A DNA stretch of 41,106 bases, from positions 1 through 41,106 of the forward strand of contig JACRNA010000019.1 in the NCBI GenBank assembly GCA_016219445.1. Reading direction: 5' to 3'. The number at the start of each line of letters is the position of its first letter. The first letter of the stretch is position 1. This document shows positions 1 through 10,627 of the stretch, piece by piece. This stretch comes from Candidatus Amesbacteria bacterium (lineage in GTDB: Bacteria; Patescibacteriota; Microgenomatia; CAZETR01; Amesbacteraceae). A program made the position numbers and the translations under genes. The notes under the pieces are model-generated. The model saw only the letters and a list, made by a program, of their open reading frames with translations. It was not told where the DNA came from and did not search any database.

Positions 1-619
1 GATTTAGAGTCTCAAAGGTCACAAATGTCTGACCCAGAGTGACCGGTAACCGGCCCACGATTCCGGCAAAGATCAAAAGTGAAATTCCATTGCCCACTCC
101 ATATTCGGTGATCAACTCACCTATCCAGACAGCCAGCATTGTGCCAGCGGTCATGGTCACTATAAAAGCCAACAGCAATACCGGATTTAAGTTTCCGATC
201 ACACCTTCACCTTTTAGGAGTAAATACATGCCAAATCCCTGCAAGATAGCAATGGGAATAGTCAGAAGTCTGGTATATTGATTGATCATTTCCCGCCCAT
301 ATTCGCCCTCCTTGGACAATTCCTCGAGCGTGGGGAAGATGACGGTCAGAAGCTGGACAATAATCGAAGCATTAATGTAAGGCCCAAGACCCAGAGCGAT
401 AAGAGAGAAATTGGCAAGGGTTCCACCTGAAAATATATCCAATAATCCCAAGAGCTGACTGCCGGAAAACAACTTACCCAAGGCTATACGGTCAATTCCA
501 GCGACAGGTATGTGAGCCAGCATCCGATAAACCAGAAGCATGGCTGCTGTTAACAATAATTTATTACGGATATCTTTTGCCGTCCAGAGTTGCTTTATGA
601 CCTCCCAAGCTTTTTGCAT
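1..619 (-). CDS. secY: Preprotein translocase subunit SecY, 5' part (runs off the window start)
   Basis: Manual translation from ATG 619: [12 protein letters not shown]...HIPVAGID...[29 protein letters not shown]...[24 protein letters not shown], all classic SecY motifs. Not in the ORF track because it has no stop inside the window. Confidence 0.97.
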   Translation of the reverse strand, partial: MQKAWEVIKQLWTAKDIRNKLLLTAAMLLVYRMLAHIPVAGIDRIALGKLFSGSQLLGLLDIFSGGTLANFSLIALGLGPYINASIIVQLLTVIFPTLEELSKEGEYGREMINQYTRLLTIPIAILQGFGMYLLLKGEGVIGNLNPVLLLAFIVTMTAGTMLAVWIGELITEYGVGNGISLLIFAGIVGRLPVTLGQTFVTFETLN

Positions 620-626
620 AATTTAT

Positions 627-635
627 ATTTTACCA
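627..635 (-). promoter_or_regulatory. Extended -10 element (TG-G-TAAAAT), 7 nt upstream of the secY ATG
   Basis: Minus strand reads TGGTAAAAT-ATAAATT-ATG; no SD-like sequence; spacing fits a leaderless start. Confidence 0.6.
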
Positions 636-641
636 GAACAT

Positions 642-1304
642 TCACTTATCTTCAGGCTTGATTTTCAAAAATAATTTTCGGGAAAGTTCTTGGTAAAATT
701 CGCTATATTTTTTTAGATCTAAGGGCTTAAGGAGCACTGGCATCTGTGATGCTTGCTCTATTTGGTTAATTGAATTGGCCAGATAAAAATCGGTTAAGCC
801 TAAATCTTTTTGTTTGGCCAAAGATACCAGATGATCAAAAGTAAAATCAGTTTCATTTAGAATATAATACAAATCAATAAAATCTTTATGATCCGTCCTG
901 CCAAAAATGGCCGTAATTTTATTTGAGCCCATATTTTCGAGAGAATCGAGTCTTATTTTTCCTTCTTGCTTAAATTCTCCAAAATGCACCGGAATATCTT
1001 TGACCAAGTCAACTTTTAGCATATTCTTGTTCGAATCTTCAAATATAAATTGCACGAAAGTTCCAGTAGTCACTTGTTGAATTACTTTTAAACCCATTTC
1101 TAGCCCAATCTTATTGGCAAGAAAACTTATTTGACTAAAATCAATTTTTTGATTGTTTGTAAATAAATCAAGATCCAAACTTTCGCGGTGATTGAAGTAA
1201 AATCTGGCCAAAGCTGTCCCACCAGTTAGATAAAAGTCAGTTGACAGTGAATCTGAAAAGAATTTATCTAAAAATATATCTTGAAGTTGATAATTTACTG
1301 CCAT
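642..1304 (-). CDS. AbiEii/AbiGii-like nucleotidyltransferase (type IV toxin-antitoxin toxin-like)
   Basis: FYLTGGTALARFYFNHRESLDLDLF (GGTAL...HRxSxDLD motif), followed by K...R...KDFIDL. Start placed at MAVNY (1304), overlapping the upstream gene end. Confidence 0.85.
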   Translation of the reverse strand: MAVNYQLQDIFLDKFFSDSLSTDFYLTGGTALARFYFNHRESLDLDLFTNNQKIDFSQISFLANKIGLEMGLKVIQQVTTGTFVQFIFEDSNKNMLKVDLVKDIPVHFGEFKQEGKIRLDSLENMGSNKITAIFGRTDHKDFIDLYYILNETDFTFDHLVSLAKQKDLGLTDFYLANSINQIEQASQMPVLLKPLDLKKYSEFYQELSRKLFLKIKPEDK

Positions 1305-1543
1305 ACTGATAGAGCGTATTCCCACGCTCGTCTTATTGGTTTTTTTATTTTTAATACTGGCATCATAGCTCTAACTTCGGACAAAGTCGTATATTTCCAG
1401 ACATCCTGATATTTGGCGCTTTCCAAAATTCGAGACAACATCCAATTTTTGTCAACTGCAGTACCGGTGCGCAAGATTTTGTGCACATCGTCCTCGGACA
1501 AGTCATAATCCCAGAGAAAATAGGGTCTGTTTTTAGTCATCAA
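1295..1543 (-). CDS. Small partner protein of the nucleotidyltransferase (DUF6922-like, putative antitoxin)
   Basis: 82 aa with YFLWDYD...WMLSRILE...DVW pattern, typical of small genes directly upstream of AbiEii-like NTases; overlaps the NTase start. Confidence 0.65.
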   Translation of the reverse strand: MMTKNRPYFLWDYDLSEDDVHKILRTGTAVDKNWMLSRILESAKYQDVWKYTTLSEVRAMMPVLKIKKPIRRAWEYALSVWQ

Positions 1544-2028
1544 TTCATTTTAGCACAAGCGTCTGGAGCCCATAAACCTCGTGAATTTTCTCTGGCATTT
1601 ATTTCAGATCTTTTAAATGCGTTTTGATATTTATACGGCTGGCTTTTGTAGGTATATTCGTGACCGAAGCCTTCTTCAATCAGAACTTGATTAAAATTCT
1701 GCCCGTCTTCCAAAAAGACATAACGCAATAGTCTTTTGTATTTGTCGCGGTCACCCGCTATAAAATCAGACTCCAGTTTGACATTGGTATTTGACAGAGT
1801 TTTTTTGGTAAAATTTGATGCCTCTTTTCCAAAACATTGCACCGGACGCCTGGGATCAACAGTCTCCGGCGTATCCACACCAATAAATCTAATAGTCTCG
1901 ATCTTTTTATTCATCAATACTTTTATAGTGTCTCCATCCGATATACTCACCACCCGATAATATCCCGCCGGTACCGGGTTAAACGAAATCAAAAAAGAGA
2001 AGAATAATGCCAGTAGATCGGCTATCAC
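1540..2028 (-). CDS. Thermonuclease (SNase-like) family protein with N-terminal signal/anchor
   Basis: DGDTI, IRFIGVDTPE, DKYKRLLRYV, NQVLIEEG and RGLW motifs; hydrophobic N-terminus; GTG start. Confidence 0.92.
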   Translation of the reverse strand: MIADLLALFFSFLISFNPVPAGYYRVVSISDGDTIKVLMNKKIETIRFIGVDTPETVDPRRPVQCFGKEASNFTKKTLSNTNVKLESDFIAGDRDKYKRLLRYVFLEDGQNFNQVLIEEGFGHEYTYKSQPYKYQNAFKRSEINARENSRGLWAPDACAKMN

Positions 2029-2109
2029 CTATTTATTTTCTATCTTTCCCCCAGCTTTTTCAATGACCATGATTTTTAGATCAACATGACCTTAATACGT
2101 GCAGTACAG

Positions 2110-2138
2110 TTGACAAGTCGGCTGAAATACAGTATATT
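2110..2138 (+). promoter_or_regulatory. Sigma70-type promoter TTGACA-17 bp-TATATT, 6 nt before the ATG (leaderless)
   Basis: TTGACA 2110-2115, TATATT 2133-2138, ATG 2145. Confidence 0.75.
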
Positions 2139-2144
2139 TGGCGT

Positions 2145-3281
2145 ATGAAGATTAAAAGACTCTTAGAAAGCCCCATTTCACACCATTTAGACGAGTCAAA
2201 TAAAGGGGTAATAATTTACGGCCCCAGACAGGCTGGAAAAACTACTTTGGTCAATGACATTTTAGCTCAAAAGAGCTGGAAAACACTCATCCTAAATGGA
2301 GACCGCAGAGGTGAATGGTGGGAAACCTTGGTCAGCCGCGATCTATCTAAAATGAAAATTTTATTGGGCGGTTATAACACCATATTTATCGATGAAGCCC
2401 AAAGGATTCCTGAAATAGGTCTGATATTGAAAATTATTTTAGATGAATTTAAGAACTTGAAAGTCATCGCTACAGGATCATCCTCACTTGATTTGGCCAG
2501 TAAAGTCAGTGAACCATTGACAGGAAGAGCAGTAACCTACACCTTATATCCTATATCCATTGCAGAACTTGCGCAAACCCAGACAGCACACGAACTCAAT
2601 GAGAGTTTGGAAAGCCGTCTGATTTTTGGATCTTATCCGGAGTTATTTTCTTTGGACGGACAGACCGCCCAAAGTGACTATTTACGCAATTTGACCAATG
2701 CTTATCTATACAAAGATCTTTTGGAATTTAGCGGTATAAAAAATTCCAACAAAATTCATGATCTATTAAAATTATTGTCTTTCCAAATCGGCTCGCAAGT
2801 TTCTATCTCAGAATTGGGAAATAGTTTGGGCATGAGTAAAGATACAGCTGGACGATATATAGATCTGTTGGAGAAATCTTTCGTCATTTTTAGAAGAAGT
2901 GGATTTAACCGCAACTTACGTAAGGAAGTATCAAAAATGGACAAAATATATTTTTATGATTTGGGGGTCAGAAATACTCTGATTGGAAATTTAAACTTAT
3001 TGACCAATCGAGACGACGCAGGCAAATTGTGGGAAAACTTTTTGGTGCTTGAGCGCATGAAGAGACAAGAATACAAACAGTCTCTCTATAGTCATTACTA
3101 TTGGCGGCTAACAAGTGGAGCCGAACTAGATCTGGTAGAAGAGATTAACGGAAAATTAATTGGGTTTGAATTTAAATTAACCAAAAAAACAACCCGCACT
3201 CCAAAAAGTTGGCTGGAGCAATACGTAGACAGTAAATTCGAAGTCGTAAATCGCACCAACTGGCAAGAATTTGTTATTTAA
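2145..3281 (+). CDS. AAA+ ATPase, AAA_14 / DUF4143 type, with C-terminal PD-(D/E)xK-like domain
   Basis: Walker A GPRQAGKT, Walker B IFIDEAQ, TGSS, LTGR, GSYPE, KIYFYDLG, and C-terminal ELDLV...GFEFK. Stop overlaps the convergent rplO stop. Confidence 0.9.
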   Translation: MKIKRLLESPISHHLDESNKGVIIYGPRQAGKTTLVNDILAQKSWKTLILNGDRRGEWWETLVSRDLSKMKILLGGYNTIFIDEAQRIPEIGLILKIILDEFKNLKVIATGSSSLDLASKVSEPLTGRAVTYTLYPISIAELAQTQTAHELNESLESRLIFGSYPELFSLDGQTAQSDYLRNLTNAYLYKDLLEFSGIKNSNKIHDLLKLLSFQIGSQVSISELGNSLGMSKDTAGRYIDLLEKSFVIFRRSGFNRNLRKEVSKMDKIYFYDLGVRNTLIGNLNLLTNRDDAGKLWENFLVLERMKRQEYKQSLYSHYYWRLTSGAELDLVEEINGKLIGFEFKLTKKTTRTPKSWLEQYVDSKFEVVNRTNWQEFVI

Positions 3282-3703
3282 ATCTCTTCAGTCTTTCCCC
3301 CGGCTTTGGCAATGGCGGTTTTGGCGGAAGCTGACACTGCGACTTTGACATCCAGTTCATGTTCTAATTTGGCAATCCCCAAAATTTTTACAGATTTGGT
3401 GTTTGGTTTTAGAAGTTTGCGCTCAATGAGATTTTTAAGAGTCACCGGAATTGATTTTGGCCATTTGACCAGAGTTTCAAGTTGTAAAACCGTTGGTTTA
3501 TTTTGGGCTGATTTGTTTTTGCTGCCACCACGCATAAAGGGCAATCTTTTGATCAGAGATTTTTTGGTTTTAGTTCCCTGAAACAAAATATGCACGCGTT
3601 CACGGGCCAGTTGACCTTTGTGTCCACGGCCAGTAGTATGACCACCCTTACCAGAGCCACGACCTCGTCCTACAATTTTCATTTTTTTAGCAGTGAGTTT
3701 CAT
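3278..3703 (-). CDS. rplO: 50S ribosomal protein L15
   Basis: GRGRGSGKGGHTTGRGHKGQLAR, KRLP, VKILG, AIAKAGG; position in the spc operon. Confidence 0.96.
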   Translation of the reverse strand: MKLTAKKMKIVGRGRGSGKGGHTTGRGHKGQLARERVHILFQGTKTKKSLIKRLPFMRGGSKNKSAQNKPTVLQLETLVKWPKSIPVTLKNLIERKLLKPNTKSVKILGIAKLEHELDVKVAVSASAKTAIAKAGGKTEEI

Positions 3704-4167
3704 GCTATTTGATTTCTTTGTTTTAACGATTTCAAAGCTTTCATTGTGGCATAGACATTGGAAATTTTGTTGGCGGTTCCGAGAATTTTACCCACGACGT
3801 CTTTGATACCTGCCGATTCGACGACAGCGCGGACTGCTCCACCTGCCTTGACCCCGGTGCCCGCCGGGGCTGGCTTTAGTAAGACGTGGGCTGCACCCAA
3901 GTGACAATTGACTTCGTGAGGAATTGTCGTGCCATATAAATTGATAGTAAACAAAGCTTTTTTGGCACTCCTTGTGGCTTTGGCTACAGCCGATTGGACA
4001 TCTGCAGCTTTAGCGAGGCCCACTCCCACCCGGCCTTTGCGATCACCTGTCACAACAAGTGCTGCAAACCGCATATGATTTCCGCCTTTAGTTTTTTTAC
4101 TAATACGGTTGATTTGAACTACTTTTTCTTCAAATTCTTTGACTTCAGCTGGATATCGGTCCATCAT
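3700..4167 (-). CDS. rpsE: 30S ribosomal protein S5
   Basis: [14 protein letters not shown]...[22 protein letters not shown]. Confidence 0.97.
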   Translation of the reverse strand: MMDRYPAEVKEFEEKVVQINRISKKTKGGNHMRFAALVVTGDRKGRVGVGLAKAADVQSAVAKATRSAKKALFTINLYGTTIPHEVNCHLGAAHVLLKPAPAGTGVKAGGAVRAVVESAGIKDVVGKILGTANKISNVYATMKALKSLKQRNQIA

Positions 4168-4481
4168 AATGTTAGTCCGGATTCCCGGGCACTATCGGCT
4201 AACTTTTTGATTCTGCCATGATATTTATACGGTCCCCTGTCAAACACAACTTGCTTGATTTTAGCATCCAGTGACAGCTTGGCAATCTTTTGGCCAACTT
4301 CGACAGGATCTTTGCCAAAGGCATAAGCCAGAGTATTACCAGATTTATCATCAATTATTTGGGCATAAATAAACTTGAGTGATCTATGAACAGACAACCT
4401 TGGCAGAGTGGAATTCTTGCGAATTTTGGCGCGGACGGCTATTTGCCTTCGCTGTTGGGTTGATTTGTAAACTTTAATCAT
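4164..4481 (-). CDS. rplR: 50S ribosomal protein L18
   Basis: PRLSVHRS...IYAQIIDD, VVFDRGPYKYHGR. Confidence 0.97.
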   Translation of the reverse strand: MIKVYKSTQQRRQIAVRAKIRKNSTLPRLSVHRSLKFIYAQIIDDKSGNTLAYAFGKDPVEVGQKIAKLSLDAKIKQVVFDRGPYKYHGRIKKLADSARESGLTL

Positions 4482-4483
4482 AA

Positions 4484-5023
4484 TTATTTTGCGGCAGTAG
4501 CTCCCGCTTTGGCAGCTTTACCGGGCTTTAAGACAATAACTTCACCTTCATATCTAAACCCCTTACCTTTGTACGGATCGGCGGGTCTGAGTGCCCGAAT
4601 CTCGGATGCGACTTGACCTACCAAGTGTTTATCGATACCCGTTACTTTTATTTTATTTTCCAAAACTTCAAATTTAATGCCAACTGGGGCTTTGACAACC
4701 ACCGGATGTGAGAAACCCAAAGATAAATTCAATTCTGTACCAGTCGTATTTGCTCTGTATCCAGTACCTGATATTTCAAGTGTTTTGGTCCATCCAGTAG
4801 TCACACCTATCACAATATTATTTAAAAGACTGCGAATAAGTCCCCACATATTCGATTCTTTTGACGTGACGATAATTTGATTATTTTCAAATTTAACTTC
4901 CACACTATTTGGAATATTTAGTGTCAATTCACCTTTTGGGCCAGAAATGACTACTGTGTCACTTGTTACTTTGACACTTGTTTCTTGATTGATTGTAATT
5001 GGTTTTTTTCCTATCTTAGACAT
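4484..5023 (-). CDS. rplF: 50S ribosomal protein L6
   Basis: MSKIGKKPI, GPKGEL, LGFSHPV, DPYKGKG. Confidence 0.97.
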   Translation of the reverse strand: MSKIGKKPITINQETSVKVTSDTVVISGPKGELTLNIPNSVEVKFENNQIIVTSKESNMWGLIRSLLNNIVIGVTTGWTKTLEISGTGYRANTTGTELNLSLGFSHPVVVKAPVGIKFEVLENKIKVTGIDKHLVGQVASEIRALRPADPYKGKGFRYEGEVIVLKPGKAAKAGATAAK

Positions 5024-5029
5024 ATTTTT

Positions 5030-5410
5030 TTACCAGACTTTACAAATAACTTCGCCACCGACTTTTAATTTACGAGCTTGGCTTCCTGTCATTATTCCTT
5101 TGGGAGTCGATAATATTTGGATTCCCATTCCCCCTAAGACTAATCTGAGAGATTTAAATCCCATATATACCCTCGACCCAGGTTTACTGACACGGACAAT
5201 CTCAGTAATTACTGGAGACTTTGATTTATAGAGAAGCTCTACTGTCAAACCCTGATCATCTGAAGTAACTTTACCCACATATTTTTCAGACGACAAAATC
5301 TTCAGGACTGCTTCCCTTAGTTTACTTTTGGGCATAGTAATATTACCCAGGCTTGCCATATAGCCATTTTTTATTCTCGAAACTAAATCTGACAATGGAT
5401 CTCTTACCAT
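5030..5410 (-). CDS. rpsH: 30S ribosomal protein S8
   Basis: [38 protein letters not shown]; start moved to MVRDP (5410). Confidence 0.96.
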   Translation of the reverse strand: MVRDPLSDLVSRIKNGYMASLGNITMPKSKLREAVLKILSSEKYVGKVTSDDQGLTVELLYKSKSPVITEIVRVSKPGSRVYMGFKSLRLVLGGMGIQILSTPKGIMTGSQARKLKVGGEVICKVW

Positions 5411-5592
5411 GATGCTTTGGTGACTCCTGGCAATTCGCCTTTGTGAGCGTGAGCTCGGAAGCACAATCTACACAGACCAAATAACCTCAAAAATCCACGC
5501 GGACGACCACACTCCTGGCAGCGGTTGCGGTAGGCAGTGGGGTATTTTAATTTTCCCAATAATTGTTTTGTGACTTTAGCTGTTGTTGCCAT
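5404..5592 (-). CDS. rpsN: 30S ribosomal protein S14, short Zn-binding (C+) type
   Basis: [11 protein letters not shown]...GLCRLCFR...[11 protein letters not shown]. Confidence 0.96.
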   Translation of the reverse strand: MATTAKVTKQLLGKLKYPTAYRNRCQECGRPRGFLRLFGLCRLCFRAHAHKGELPGVTKASW

Positions 5593-5594
5593 AT

Positions 5595-6131
5595 TTATTT
5601 CTTAAAGGGCATCCCCATAAGTTCCAAGAGCCGCTTGGATTTCTCGGGTGATCCGTTTTTAATAACAAAGGTAATTTGCAAGCCTCTTGTTTTATCAATT
5701 TTTCCGTATTCTATCTCAGAGAAAACTATTTGATCGGTCATTCCCAGTGAATAATTGCCCGCGCCATCAAAGGCAGTCTTTGAGACACCTTGAAAATCCC
5801 GGACGCGGGGAAGAACTATACCAAATAATTTGGTCATAAAGTCATAGAGTCTGACCCCTCTCAAAGTAACAGTCAGACCAATAGGATCATTCTCGCGCAA
5901 TTTAAAATTGGCAATAGCTACTTTGGCCCTAGTAACTTTGGGTTTTTGACCTGAGATGGCCACCAGTTGAGAAGATACTTTGTCAATCAAACCTTTGTCA
6001 TGTGCCATTTCCTTGACACCCATGTTGATATTTATTTTGGACACCTTAGGCGCTGCCATAATATTGGTCAATCCAAATTCAGACATTAGTTTTGGTACAA
6101 TTTGGTCTTTGTAAATTTGTGTTAAATTCAT
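5595..6131 (-). CDS. rplE: 50S ribosomal protein L5
   Basis: ISGQKP...ANFKLRE...[14 protein letters not shown]; start at MNLTQ (6131). Confidence 0.97.
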   Translation of the reverse strand: MNLTQIYKDQIVPKLMSEFGLTNIMAAPKVSKININMGVKEMAHDKGLIDKVSSQLVAISGQKPKVTRAKVAIANFKLRENDPIGLTVTLRGVRLYDFMTKLFGIVLPRVRDFQGVSKTAFDGAGNYSLGMTDQIVFSEIEYGKIDKTRGLQITFVIKNGSPEKSKRLLELMGMPFKK

Positions 6132-6430
6132 ATATCTGTATTGCATTTGCGGCAAACTCTTAATTTTTTACCTTCGACAAACCGATAGCCAACTCGGGTA
6201 ACTTGCTTACATTTTGGACAGACAAGCGCAATTTTGGATACATCTAGTGGGCGGGAAATAGTGACAATTTCCCCCTTTCTCCCTTGGCTTGGTTTGACAT
6301 GTTTCTTGTATTGATTGAGTCCTTCGATGACGACAGTATTATCCTGAGGTAGTATTTTTGCTACCACGCCTTGACGGCCATGATCTTTTCCGACATTTAC
6401 AATGATTGTATCTTTGAGTTTTATTTTCAT
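6128..6430 (-). CDS. rplX: 50S ribosomal protein L24
   Basis: KOW motif VGKDHGRQG, KKHVKP, TRVGY; carries CPKC and CRKC. Confidence 0.96.
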   Translation of the reverse strand: MKIKLKDTIIVNVGKDHGRQGVVAKILPQDNTVVIEGLNQYKKHVKPSQGRKGEIVTISRPLDVSKIALVCPKCKQVTRVGYRFVEGKKLRVCRKCNTDI

Positions 6431-6798
6431 AGGACTTCTGTCGCAAGCGACGCTATTTTGGCAAATCCCTTGTCTTTGACTTCGCGGGCGATAGAACCAA
6501 AGATCCTACTCCCTCTGGGTTCATGAGTCTTGGGATCAATAATAACTGCAGCATTGTCTTCAAATCTAATATAACTGCCATCCATCCGGTGAACCGCTCT
6601 TCGAGTACGGACGATTACCGCTTTGACAACTTCGGAATCTTTGACGATGCCTCCATCGTGAGCTTGGTCTACGACCGCTGTTACAATATCTCCAGGATAG
6701 CCATAAGTTCTCTTCCAGGCACCCATGACATGAATCAAGCGCAGCTTTTTGGCGCCACTATTGTCTGCTGGAACTAATATTGTTCTCAATTGGACCAT
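6427..6798 (-). CDS. rplN: 50S ribosomal protein L14
   Basis: ADNSGAK, AVIVRT, IRFEDNAAVII, KIASLA. Confidence 0.97.
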   Translation of the reverse strand: MVQLRTILVPADNSGAKKLRLIHVMGAWKRTYGYPGDIVTAVVDQAHDGGIVKDSEVVKAVIVRTRRAVHRMDGSYIRFEDNAAVIIDPKTHEPRGSRIFGSIAREVKDKGFAKIASLATEVL

Positions 6799-6799
6799 A

Positions 6800-7036
6800 T
6801 TATTTTGTCGGTTTTATTATTTCAATAACTTTATAAAACTTGGTTTTACTCATTGGTTTACAGGCTACAAATTTGACCACATCGCCAACTTTTGCAGAAA
6901 CTTGATTGTCAGCATGATAGCGAGTGGTGTGGTGCATCTGCTTTAGATATTTTGGATGGGCAACCAAGCGATCCACTTCAATGACCACTGTTTGCTTCAT
7001 CTTGTCTGAGACGATTTTACCGGTGTGAATTTTCAT
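6800..7036 (-). CDS. rpsQ: 30S ribosomal protein S17
   Basis: [27 protein letters not shown]. Confidence 0.96.
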   Translation of the reverse strand: MKIHTGKIVSDKMKQTVVIEVDRLVAHPKYLKQMHHTTRYHADNQVSAKVGDVVKFVACKPMSKTKFYKVIEIIKPTK

Positions 7037-7220
7037 ATATTTTTGTTTTAATAACAGCTAATTGTTTTCTCAGGTTAAACACAGCCCGTTTATTGACTAG
7101 CTTGCCAGTGGTCAATTCTAACTTATTTTGGGCTATTTGCGAATAGATAGCTTTTGCTTTGATCGAAAGCTCAGAAATAGACAGACCAATTAATTGTTTT
7201 TTAAAGTCTAAGGTTTTCAT
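7017..7220 (-). CDS. rpmC: 50S ribosomal protein L29
   Basis: 67 aa helical protein with GKLVN...[10 protein letters not shown]; lies between rplP and rpsQ. Confidence 0.88.
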   Translation of the reverse strand: MKTLDFKKQLIGLSISELSIKAKAIYSQIAQNKLELTTGKLVNKRAVFNLRKQLAVIKTKIYENSHR

Positions 7221-7630
7221 AATTGTTCACGGCTTACAAATTTAACATCAAATGGCAATTTTGCAGAGGCTCTGGCAATTGCGGTCTTGGCAATTTCTGC
7301 GGTTACCCCAGCAATTTCAAAAATTATTCTACCAGGTGTTATAACAGCTACATAATCGGTAATATCACCTTTCCCCGATCCCATGCGCACACCTAGAGCT
7401 TTTTTGGTAATAGGCTTATCGGGAAATATTCTAATCCAGACTTTACCACCTCTTTGGGCATAACGCGAGATAGCTTTACGGGCAGCCTCGATCTGACGGG
7501 CAGTAAGCCATCCCCGACCCATGGCTTTCAAACCAAATTCACCAAAGGCTAAAGTAAATCCACGGGTAGCAACTCCTCGCATTTTACCTCTAAATTGTTT
7601 TCGAAATTTTGATTTTTTTGGCTGTAACAT
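7217..7630 (-). CDS. rplP: 50S ribosomal protein L16
   Basis: [35 protein letters not shown]; start at 7630. Confidence 0.97.
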   Translation of the reverse strand: MLQPKKSKFRKQFRGKMRGVATRGFTLAFGEFGLKAMGRGWLTARQIEAARKAISRYAQRGGKVWIRIFPDKPITKKALGVRMGSGKGDITDYVAVITPGRIIFEIAGVTAEIAKTAIARASAKLPFDVKFVSREQL

Positions 7631-7631
7631 A

Positions 7632-8273
7632 TTATTTTCCTCCCAAATAAATCCAGACTTTGACTCCGACATAACCTGATCTGGTCAGAGCCGGAAGGCT
7701 GGCATAATCGACATTGGCACGCAGTGTCTGAAGAGGAACCGAACCAGACGGTGATTTATAGGACTCACGTCTGCTAATTTCAGCTCCGTTGACACGGCCA
7801 GACAGCAAGATCTTTATTCCTTTGGCGCCGGAGGCCATAACTTTTTCTATAGTCTTTGTTGCCACTCTTCTAGCTGGCAGTCTTTTTTCCAGTTGTTCTG
7901 CAATTCTGATTGCTACCAAATAAGCATTTATTTCAGGATTTTTTACTTCCTCGATTTGGAGGTCTACTTTGGTGGCTTTGATTAATTTGGCAATATATTT
8001 TTTGAGATCTTCAATACCGGCTCCTCCGCGCCCAATGACCACACCCGGTCTTGAGACATGAATAATGACCTTTAGACTTTTGAGGGATCTTTCGATTTCG
8101 ATCTTCGTTACACCAGCGATTTTTAGTTTGGTCATTAGAGCTTTGCGAAGCTTTAAATCTTCTGCTAAATATTGGCTATAACGGATCTTGCTTGTCGAAA
8201 ACCAACGTGATATCCAAGATGTACTTGGTGAAAGCGGAATTCTAAATCCGATAGGATTAACTTTTTGTCCCAT
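7632..8273 (-). CDS. rpsC: 30S ribosomal protein S3
   Basis: [39 protein letters not shown]. Confidence 0.97.
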   Translation of the reverse strand: MGQKVNPIGFRIPLSPSTSWISRWFSTSKIRYSQYLAEDLKLRKALMTKLKIAGVTKIEIERSLKSLKVIIHVSRPGVVIGRGGAGIEDLKKYIAKLIKATKVDLQIEEVKNPEINAYLVAIRIAEQLEKRLPARRVATKTIEKVMASGAKGIKILLSGRVNGAEISRRESYKSPSGSVPLQTLRANVDYASLPALTRSGYVGVKVWIYLGGK

Positions 8274-8613
8274 TTTTAGTGCTTAATTGTAAAATAACAT
8301 GAGCTGTTCTTTTGTGACGGACACCGCCACCAAAACGTGAACCGTGAGCATGGCGGTCGGATCTTTTGGATCTTGGTCCTTCGCCGATAACCAATGATTC
8401 TATTTTCAAATCAGCTGGTGAAAGCTTAAAATTATTTTTGGCATTTGCGACCGCCTGTTGGATTACTTTTAGGATTATTGATCCTGCTGCTTTAGGCAAT
8501 AATTTTAATTGAGCTATCGCCATATCAATTGATAAATTCTTGACTGCATCGGTAATAAGACGCAACTTACGCGGTGATACAGGGATAAAGCTAGCTTTTG
8601 CAGAGATCTTCAT
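8257..8613 (-). CDS. rplV: 50S ribosomal protein L22
   Basis: [25 protein letters not shown]. Confidence 0.95.
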   Translation of the reverse strand: MKISAKASFIPVSPRKLRLITDAVKNLSIDMAIAQLKLLPKAAGSIILKVIQQAVANAKNNFKLSPADLKIESLVIGEGPRSKRSDRHAHGSRFGGGVRHKRTAHVILQLSTKNGTKS

Positions 8614-8894
8614 GTCTTATCCATGGTTCTTTTTACCATAGCTCCATGTCCACGGAAGGTTCTACTGGGAGCAAATTCTCCAAGTCTGTGACCCACCATG
8701 GCTTCATTAACAAATACATCGACAAATTTGTTTCCGGTATGTACTTGAAATGTAAATCCGACAAAGTCCGGCGAAATTTGTGAATTGCGTGCCCAAGTCT
8801 TGATAGGAGACTTGTTACCAGACGCGACCATCTTGACAATTTTACCTGCCAAATTTGAATCGATATATGGTCCTTTTTTTGAGCTTCGTGCCAT
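8610..8894 (-). CDS. rpsS: 30S ribosomal protein S19
   Basis: [26 protein letters not shown]. Confidence 0.97.
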   Translation of the reverse strand: MARSSKKGPYIDSNLAGKIVKMVASGNKSPIKTWARNSQISPDFVGFTFQVHTGNKFVDVFVNEAMVGHRLGEFAPSRTFRGHGAMVKRTMDKT

Positions 8895-8895
8895 A

Positions 8896-9723
8896 TTATT
8901 TGTTTCTCCTAGAAACTAAATTTTTGTTTGAATATTTAAATTTATTGCGGGTTCTGTTTCCCCGGGCTGGTTTACCCCAGGGGGTCTTGGGAATCATCCC
9001 TTCTCCCGACCGTCCCTCTCCACCACCGTGTGGATGGCTCCTGGGATTTTGGGCAGTACCTCGGACAGTAGGACGGATACCCATGTGGCGTTTGCGTCCG
9101 GCTTTACCAAAATTGACATTTTTCCAATCCGGATTGGTCAGACTGCCAATGGTTGCTTTGCAATCAAGCTTGACTCGGCGGATTTCACCAGAAGGTAATT
9201 TTATCAGAGCATAGGCTTCTTCGAAACCGGAAACTATAGCCGAAGCCCCTGCCGATCTCACAAGCTGGGCTCCCTTTCCGGGAAATATCTCTATATTGTG
9301 AATTGGAGTACCAGACGGAATCAATCTAATCGGAAGAGTATTGCCAAGTGTCAAAGGTGCATGCTCCGACGAGACTACTTTGGCGCCGACCATCAAACCC
9401 TCTGGAGCAAGAATATAGCTTTGGGTACCGTCTTCATACTGAAGATGGGCGATATTTGCAGTGCGATTCGGATCATATTCGATTGCAGTCACAGTGGCTT
9501 TCATTTCAAGCTTTGTCCGTCTCCAGTCTATGTCTCTTAAGAATCTTTTGTGTCGTCCACCTTGATGCCGGACAGTCACGATTCCAGAGGCGTTTCGTCC
9601 ACTTTTTTTAGACAAAATAGAAGTCAAGCTCTTGCGTCTGATGTTTGTAGAGACATTTGACCAATCAAGTGCTGAGGATCCTCTCAGCCCTGGTGTAATT
9701 GGTTTGTAAAGCTTTAGAACCAT
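8896..9723 (-). CDS. rplB: 50S ribosomal protein L2
   Basis: IEYDPNR, RSAG, RPTVRG...[12 protein letters not shown]. Confidence 0.98.
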   Translation of the reverse strand: MVLKLYKPITPGLRGSSALDWSNVSTNIRRKSLTSILSKKSGRNASGIVTVRHQGGRHKRFLRDIDWRRTKLEMKATVTAIEYDPNRTANIAHLQYEDGTQSYILAPEGLMVGAKVVSSEHAPLTLGNTLPIRLIPSGTPIHNIEIFPGKGAQLVRSAGASAIVSGFEEAYALIKLPSGEIRRVKLDCKATIGSLTNPDWKNVNFGKAGRKRHMGIRPTVRGTAQNPRSHPHGGGEGRSGEGMIPKTPWGKPARGNRTRNKFKYSNKNLVSRRNK

Positions 9724-9726
9724 ATT

Positions 9727-10011
9727 TTACTTCTTCTCTTCAGCAGGGGCTGTAAATAATGCTATTTCTTTGTCTGTAGTTACAATTGCCTTTTTCCAGG
9801 ATGAATAATGTTTTTCGGTGCGTTTCTTGCCTACTCGCTTGGATTTTCCATGAACCACTAGAGTCGAAATTTTCAATACTTTGAGTCCAAATCTTTTGGC
9901 TATATCTTTTTTGATGGCGTCTTTACGTGCCAGCAAAGGAACTGCAAAAGTATAGCGCTTAAGGCTTGCATTTTTCAGGGATTTTTCGGTATAAATAGGT
10001 TTAAGCTGCAT
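9727..10011 (-). CDS. rplW: 50S ribosomal protein L23
   Basis: PIYTEKS, YTFAV, WKKAIV; start placed at MQLKP (10011); the track's 10023 start is possible. Confidence 0.93.
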   Translation of the reverse strand: MQLKPIYTEKSLKNASLKRYTFAVPLLARKDAIKKDIAKRFGLKVLKISTLVVHGKSKRVGKKRTEKHYSSWKKAIVTTDKEIALFTAPAEEKK

Positions 10012-10627
10012 ATTTGGTTTCAAGGGCTACTAACGCTTCGGTTGTAAAGATAACATTTGGACATACTGTCATCTGATAAACATTCAGTGACGAAGTGGTT
10101 GCGACCAAGACGCGATCAATATTTCTGGCGCTCAATCTAAATTTGGTTTGGCCTGGTTCTGTTACTAGTAGTATTTTATCTTTAGGGGCAATTTTGGAGA
10201 TCAAGGTTGCAATTTCTTTTGTCTTACCGGAGGCATCTTTGGATCCTTTGACGGCTGAGATTAATTTGGAATGAGCTTTTTGGGACAAAATGCTAAGTAG
10301 AGCAACTTTGACCATTTTGGATGGCATCTTTAGCTTATAATTTTGAGTTCCGTCGGGACCATGAGCTATGCCCCCTCCGACAAATATTGGGGCTCTGATA
10401 CTACCATGTCTTGCGCGTCCGGTACCTTTTTGTTTGTATATTTTACGAGTCGATCCCTGGACTTCACCACGAGTTTTGGTATGCGCAGACGAACTTCTCT
10501 GATTGGACAAATATACGCGGACAGCTTGGGCTATCAATTGGGGATTGAGCTTTGCTCCAAAAACTTTTTTGTCCAATTCAATCGGGGTTAGATCTTTACC
10601 TGATAAATTAAATACGGGGATTGTCAT
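10001..10627 (-). CDS. rplD: 50S ribosomal protein L4
   Basis: TKTRGEV...[15 protein letters not shown]...GGGIAHGP. Confidence 0.97.
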   Translation of the reverse strand: MTIPVFNLSGKDLTPIELDKKVFGAKLNPQLIAQAVRVYLSNQRSSSAHTKTRGEVQGSTRKIYKQKGTGRARHGSIRAPIFVGGGIAHGPDGTQNYKLKMPSKMVKVALLSILSQKAHSKLISAVKGSKDASGKTKEIATLISKIAPKDKILLVTEPGQTKFRLSARNIDRVLVATTSSLNVYQMTVCPNVIFTTEALVALETKYAA

